Origin: Syntrophobacterales bacterium GWC2_56_13
Lineage (GTDB): Bacteria > Desulfobacterota > Syntrophia > Syntrophales > UBA5619
NCBI GenBank assembly: GCA_001830835.1
Contig: MICJ01000009.1
Coordinates: forward strand, 1 to 48,818
DNA length: 48,818 bases
Reading direction: 5' to 3'
The stretch's first letter is position 1. Each line of letters begins with the position of its first letter. Both the position numbers and the translations under genes were made by a program. This document shows positions 44,237-48,818 of this stretch, one piece after another. The notes under the pieces are model-generated. The model made no database searches. It was not told the DNA's origin and saw only the letters and a program-made list of their open reading frames with translations.

Positions 44237-45131
44237 AAAAATAAAGCGGTTGAAGAAGGATCGCAAGGCGGTCATCCTCGCCCACAACTACCAGCTTCCC
44301 GAGGTTCAGGACATCGCCGATTTCGTGGGCGATTCTCTGGGATTGAGCATCCAGGCCGCGCAGACGGACGCGGCGGTGATCGTCTTTTGCGGGGTGCACT
44401 TCATGGCGGAGACGGCGAAGCTCCTCTCGCCGGACAAGACCGTCCTTCTGCCGGATAAAAAAGCCGGCTGTCCCATGGCGGACATGATCACAGCGGAGCA
44501 GCTCCGAGCCCTGAAGGCTGAGCATCCCGGGGCGAAGGTCCTCTGCTATGTGAACACTTCGGCCGAGGTCAAGGCGGAATGCGACCTGTGCTGCACGTCG
44601 GCGAACGCCGTCCGTATGGTGGGAGAAATCCTGAAGGATGCAGAGGAGATCATCTTCGTCCCCGACCGGTATCTGGCCGCCTTCGTGGCCGGGCAGACCG
44701 GTCGCACCTTCATCACTTGGCCGGGGTTCTGTCCCACCCATGCGCGGATCCTGCCGGAGCACGTCGAGGCGGCGCGGGCCCTCCATCCGGGGGCCGTCGT
44801 GATGGTCCATCCGGAGTGCCGCCCCGAGGTGACGGCCCTTGCGGATATCGCGATTTCCACCGGAGGGATGATCCGTTATGCGAAAGAGACTAAGGCCCGG
44901 GAGATCATCGTCGGGACGGAGCCGGGGATCATTCACCGCCTTAAGAAGGAGAATCAGGACAAGGTGTTCCACCCGGTCTCGGCGTTCGTCATCTGCCCGA
45001 ACATGAAGCGGACCAGCCTGGAGAAGATTCTCTGGTCGCTCGAGGATATGGAACATGCGATAGAAGTCCCGGAAGAGATCGCCGGGCGCGCCAGACTAAG
45101 CATCGAGGCGATGCTCAAAGTCGGTCGCTGA
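44223..45131 (+). CDS. nadA: Quinolinate synthase
   Basis: AVILAHNYQLPEVQDIADFVGDSL, FCGVHFMAETAK, GCPMADM, YVNTSAEVKA and HPECRPEV. The GTG start at 44223 lies 6 nt after AGGAGG and overlaps the mnmA 3' end by 14 nt. Confidence 0.9.
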   Translation: MELVEKIKRLKKDRKAVILAHNYQLPEVQDIADFVGDSLGLSIQAAQTDAAVIVFCGVHFMAETAKLLSPDKTVLLPDKKAGCPMADMITAEQLRALKAEHPGAKVLCYVNTSAEVKAECDLCCTSANAVRMVGEILKDAEEIIFVPDRYLAAFVAGQTGRTFITWPGFCPTHARILPEHVEAARALHPGAVVMVHPECRPEVTALADIAISTGGMIRYAKETKAREIIVGTEPGIIHRLKKENQDKVFHPVSAFVICPNMKRTSLEKILWSLEDMEHAIEVPEEIAGRARLSIEAMLKVGR

Positions 45132-45145
45132 ACGGAGTTCGCCGG

Positions 45146-46003
45146 ATGGAAAACCGTAAGAGCGTCGAAGCGCTGCATATCGACCGCGAGGGGAGCGGGA
45201 CCCGGATGGAATGGACGGCCCGTGAGTTTCCCCTGACGATCATGCTCAACGGCGAGCAACTCGTCACCGTCCTGTGTTCCCCGGGCGATCTGAAGGCGCT
45301 GGCCGCAGGTTTCCTCTTCTCCGAGGGAATGATCCGGGCGAAGGAGGAGATTACGGGGCTGACGCTCGACGGCGAGCGGGGGATCATCCGGATCCGCACG
45401 GCAACGGACAAGACGGCGGACGGCAAGCTATTCATGAAGCGGGTGCTGACAACCGGCTGCGGGCGGGGGATGGCCTTTTACAGTTACGCCGATCTGGACC
45501 GCAAAAAGAAGATCCGGTCGGATCTGCGGGTGACCCCGGCGGAGGTGCTGGCGCTCAGCCGGCGGTTTCAGGGCGCCTCCGAACTCTACCGGACCACGCA
45601 CGGGGTTCATAGCGCGGCCCTCTGCGACAACCGGGAGATCCTGGTCTTTGCGGAGGATATCGGGAGGCACAACGCTGTCGACAAGGTCCTCGGCCGGTGT
45701 CTTCTGGATGGCATTGCCGTCTCCGACCGGATCCTGGTCACGAGCGGACGGATCTCCTCGGAGATTCTCTTCAAGGCGGCGGGGAGCGGCATCCCCGTGA
45801 TCGTCTCCAAATCGGCGCCGACGGACATGGGCGTCGAGCTCGCCCGGGAACTGGGGATCACCCTGATCGGTTTTGTCCGCGGGGGAGGGATGAATGTCTA
45901 CGCCGGGGAGGAGCGGATTAACCTTTTGCGGGGGGAGCCCGGCGCAGCGCCGGCTTTGTCTGCGGCCGCAGGGGATGAGGGAAGTTCAGCCAATGAAGAG
46001 TAG
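45146..46003 (+). CDS. fdhD: Formate dehydrogenase accessory sulfurtransferase FdhD
   Basis: EFPLTIMLNGEQL, SPGDLKALAAGFLFSEG, TTGCGRG, EDIGRHNAVDKV, SGRISSE and KSAPTD. Confidence 0.9.
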   Translation: MENRKSVEALHIDREGSGTRMEWTAREFPLTIMLNGEQLVTVLCSPGDLKALAAGFLFSEGMIRAKEEITGLTLDGERGIIRIRTATDKTADGKLFMKRVLTTGCGRGMAFYSYADLDRKKKIRSDLRVTPAEVLALSRRFQGASELYRTTHGVHSAALCDNREILVFAEDIGRHNAVDKVLGRCLLDGIAVSDRILVTSGRISSEILFKAAGSGIPVIVSKSAPTDMGVELARELGITLIGFVRGGGMNVYAGEERINLLRGEPGAAPALSAAAGDEGSSANEE

Positions 46004-46463
46004 GGCCATAAAAGGGAGGATCGTCGCCGTCTGCCGGAGCGAGCAGACGGGCACCCGGAAGGAACCGTGCGGGGAAGGAATTTTCCTCGAAAATTATGGT
46101 ATGGAAGAAGATGCACACGCGGCGCAGGGAATCGCCAGGCAGGTGAGTCTGCTCGCCACGGAAAGCATCGAAAAGATGAAGGCCCTCGGTCTGGAGCTGA
46201 ATCCCGGCGATTTTGCCGAGAACCTGACGGTTGAGGGGATGGCGCTGTTTTCCCTGCCCGTCGGGACGAGGCTCCGGGTGGGGCGGGGGGTTGTTCTCGA
46301 AATCAGTCAGATCGGAAAGACCTGTCACAGCGGCTGCGCCATCTTCCAGTCGGTGGGCGCCTGCATCATGCCGAAGGAGGGTGTTTTCGCCCGGGTGATC
46401 CGGGGCGGGAGAATTCGGACGGGCGATCCTGTAGCAATCATGCAAGGAGGAGGAGAACGGTAA
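45993..46463 (+). CDS. MOSC-domain protein
   Basis: PGDFAENLTVEG, LEISQIGKTCHSGCAI and GVFARVIRGGRIRTGDPV. It overlaps fdhD by 11 nt. Confidence 0.8.
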   Translation: MKSRAIKGRIVAVCRSEQTGTRKEPCGEGIFLENYGMEEDAHAAQGIARQVSLLATESIEKMKALGLELNPGDFAENLTVEGMALFSLPVGTRLRVGRGVVLEISQIGKTCHSGCAIFQSVGACIMPKEGVFARVIRGGRIRTGDPVAIMQGGGER

Positions 46464-47419
46464 TGTCGAACGCGGATAAAAAGACGGTCGCACCGGCCGG
46501 AAAGACGGCGGAGAACGATTTTCAGGGACTGGTGGAGTCGCTCTGCTCCCTGAAGAACGGTTCCACGGCGGGGATAAAGAAGCGGTGGCAGGAGCAGGCG
46601 CTGCCGTCCCGCCAGACGATCGGCGAGATCATAGAGTCGCTCCGCGCCGTCCTTTTCCCGGGCTATTTCGGTTTCTCCGAGCTCAAGGCGGAGAGCCTCC
46701 GGTTTCATGTCGGTTCTGCGCTGGACCACGTCCGGCGCGACCTTCAGGAACAGATCAAGCGGGGGCTCTGCTTCTCCTGCGAGGAGGGGCCGGAGTGCCT
46801 GCCTTTCTGTGACCAGAAGGCCCGGGAGCTGACCGGAGAATTTCTCCGGAGACTGCCGAAGGTGCAGCGGCTGCTCGCCCTGGATGTCCAGGCCGCCTAC
46901 AAAGGCGACCCGGCGGCCGCGAATCCGGACGAGGTGATTTTCTGCTATCCGGGGCTCGCGGCGATCACGAACTACCGTCTGGCCCATGAACTGCGTCTGC
47001 TCGGCGTGCCGATCATCCCCCGGATGATCACCGAGGCGGCCCATAGCGCGACCGGGATCGACATCCATCCCGGGGCGGTCATCGGAAAGTGTTTCTTCAT
47101 CGACCACGGCACCGGTGTGGTTATCGGGGAGACCTGCATCATCGGCAGCCGGGTCCGGCTCTACCAGGGGGTCACCCTCGGGGCGAAGAGTTTTCAACTG
47201 GATGAGGAGGGGAACCCCCTCCGGGGGATCGACCGGCATCCGATCGTCGAGGACGATGTCACGATTTACTCCGGCGCGACGATTCTCGGCCGGGTGACGA
47301 TCGGGCGCAGTTCGGTGATCGGCGGGAACGTCTGGCTCGTCCACAGCGTGCCGCCCGGAAGCAGGATTACTCAGGCCCAGACCCGCGAGGAGGAGTTCGA
47401 GCGGGGAGCGGGGATCTGA
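46463..47419 (+). CDS. cysE: Serine O-acetyltransferase (long form with an N-terminal helical extension)
   Basis: YPGLAAITNYRLAHEL, GIDIHPGAVIGKCFFIDHGTGVVIGET and hexapeptide repeats. The ATG shares nt 46463 with the last base of the MOSC stop codon. Confidence 0.85.
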   Translation: MSNADKKTVAPAGKTAENDFQGLVESLCSLKNGSTAGIKKRWQEQALPSRQTIGEIIESLRAVLFPGYFGFSELKAESLRFHVGSALDHVRRDLQEQIKRGLCFSCEEGPECLPFCDQKARELTGEFLRRLPKVQRLLALDVQAAYKGDPAAANPDEVIFCYPGLAAITNYRLAHELRLLGVPIIPRMITEAAHSATGIDIHPGAVIGKCFFIDHGTGVVIGETCIIGSRVRLYQGVTLGAKSFQLDEEGNPLRGIDRHPIVEDDVTIYSGATILGRVTIGRSSVIGGNVWLVHSVPPGSRITQAQTREEEFERGAGI

Positions 47420-47460
47420 TTTCCCCACCGGCCGATGAAGATCTCGATCCGGTTTCGTCG

Positions 47461-47503
47461 CAGCCTTCATCCTTCCCCTGCGCTCAGCCTTCATCCTTCC
47501 CCT
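47461..47503. repeat. 19-bp direct repeat, two copies separated by 5 nt
   Basis: CAGCCTTCATCCTTCCCCT at 47461-47479 and at 47485-47503. Copy 2 contains the transposase stop codon. Confidence 0.8.
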
Positions 47504-48456
47504 ATTGGTTCATCCGGTTCTTGCTTGTAAGCATCTTTAACTATCTGAATAATGGGTCTTTTCTCAAAAATGTTGACCTCCGGAATTTGCAAAATTGTGT
47601 GGAGACTGCCGGGCAGATCGAGTCTCTTTTTCAGGATGGCGACCAGAAGATAAATGCTGACGGCGATCCATATCTGGGTTTTGACGGCATTGGGCGATGT
47701 TCCGTAAAAGGTTTTGATTTTCAGATGTTGCTTGATCCAGCGGAAGAAGAGCTCCACCTGCCAACGCTGCTTGTAAATATCGGCGACGGTTTTGGCGGAA
47801 ACGGTAAAGATATTGGTCAGGTAGACAAAACGTTTTTGGGTGTCCAAGTCCACGTAAGACACTCGGCGCAGAGTCTCCGGGTAGGCGGCTCGGGATTTCT
47901 TGTCTGTGAGGACGACGCTTTGATCGGAACGGAGCCCCAGCGTTTTGTCCACTTCCCGGGAATAGAGACGTCTGTACCGCAGATTGCTCTTGGCACGAAT
48001 CACGAAGAAGGCAGGAAAGAGATTCACCGCATAAAGCCTCGTAAAATCTACGTATCCGCGATCCATGGCGATGACGGCATCTTTTTCCAGCGGGAGGATA
48101 TCCAGGATATTGACATCGTGTACTTTGCCGGCAATGGAGATAAGATGATAGGCAAAGTCCTGATAAATTCGATAATCTCGCATCTCGCCGGCATCGGCCA
48201 GGGTGGATCTCGCAATCTGTCCCCGGAATCCGATGTGATAAAGCTTCTCGTGATGAGAGTTCAGGCATGTCTCAATATCCCTCAGACTTTCCCGGTACGT
48301 AAGCTGGGCATAGACAAGACAGAGGAACTGATCATAACAGGGAAACCTTCTGACCTTGTGATTGCCCTTGTACTTTTTAACGAATTTGTCAAACTCATAA
48401 CGTGGCAGATGCTCCAGTACCTGTGCAAAAACCGTTTTCCCGGCATTCATCGGCAA
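47491..48456 (-). mobile_element. IS4-family (DUF4372 plus DDE_Tnp_1) transposase gene, apparently carrying an in-frame internal deletion
   Basis: The N-terminus is GKTVFAQVLEHLPRYEF...YRESLRDIETCL...RSTLADA. The middle has VIAMDRGYVDFTRLY. The C-terminus has YKQRWQVELFFRWIKQHLKIKTFYGTS. The protein is 321 aa; about 380 aa is remembered for this family. Terminal inverted repeats were not identified. Confidence 0.8.
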
Positions 48457-48597
48457 CCCTCCCTCCCATTAGTGGGAAGAAGGTACAGGCCAGCAAATGC
48501 AATGTAAATTCAAATCGAAAAAACTTAAAATGGCTCATTTGCTATTTAATATCAAAATATTACATTGTGCTCAGCAAACTTTAACCGGACAGCCGTG

Positions 48598-48644
48598 ATA
48601 ATTTTTATGAAAACTTAAAACTTGAATACCCCGTTCTGTGGACG
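48598..48644. repeat. Copy of a ~45-nt dispersed element that also occurs at 7231-7275
   Basis: The 21-nt core GAATACCCCGTTCTGTGGACG (48624-48644) matches GAATACCCCGTCCTGTGGACG (7255-7275) at 20/21 positions. Both are preceded by ATTTTTAT(G)AAAA. A related GCCCCGTCCTGTCGGCGG lies at about 48703-48720. Confidence 0.65.
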
Positions 48645-48818
48645 GGGATGAATGCGGAGCGGGGGTATGGGGGATGCAATCCCCCTCCTCCAGTTTTTTA
48701 AGATGCCCCGTCCTGTCGGCGGCTAATTCACTCATAATCGCCTCATATCTCCATAATAATGGGCAAGATCACAGGTTGCTGCACCCACAGGTATTCTCTT
48801 CGTACTCTACCAAAAGCC

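Noticed and set aside
48457-48600. Terminal inverted repeats of the IS4-family element.
   Set aside because: I compared both flanks (47420-47500 versus 48457-48650) by eye and found no convincing complementary termini. The boundaries are left undefined.

Overview
This 48.8-kb window looks bacterial, probably from an anaerobe; the flanks are visibly G+C-rich. No rRNA, tRNA or CRISPR array was recognised.

Gene content, left to right:
- Partial HATPase_c_4/wHTH regulator and radC.
- Nickel module: nikR plus a CbiM/Q/O-type ECF transporter, with two NikR-box-like palindromes.
- A 5'-short AmiS/UreI-like gene next to a start-less ORF remnant.
- A visibly lower-G+C block of about 20 kb (about 6.1-26.4 kb), described below.
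- Convergent acyl-CoA synthetase gene.
- larC-larB-larE (nickel-pincer cofactor synthesis), with no larA in the window.
- A thiE 3' fragment.
- An operon of an M28 peptidase and a Memo-AMMECR1 fusion protein.
- glk, cspA and a GNAT gene.
- A long same-strand sulfur and cofactor cluster: metY-cysK-metX-metW-nifS-mnmA-nadA-fdhD-MOSC-cysE.
- An internally deleted IS4-family transposase.

The low-G+C block carries a SatP/YaaH-like channel, a PocR-domain histidine kinase with a LuxR-type response regulator, and an 18-gene bacterial microcompartment (BMC) operon. The operon order is gldA-pduA-pduB-pduCDE-pduGH-pduK-like-CcmP-like BMC-T-eutJ-pduM-like-pduN-pduO(ATR)-DUF336-pduP-(gap)-pduS-pduT.

The main item of interest is this PDU-like B12-dependent diol/glycerol dehydratase metabolosome, which is non-canonical in several ways:
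- It lacks pduL, pduQ, pduW and pduF.
- It is led by a glycerol-dehydrogenase-type enzyme.
- It is apparently controlled by a two-component system rather than an AraC-type PocR.
- It contains a CcmP/CsoS1D-type double-stacking shell protein.
- It shows encapsulation-peptide-like helices on at least six proteins, including an unusual C-terminal one on PduH.
- It is compositionally mosaic and sits between nickel-uptake and nickel-pincer-cofactor genes.

All family assignments come from reading the translated ORFs against remembered family sequences and motifs. No database search was run.
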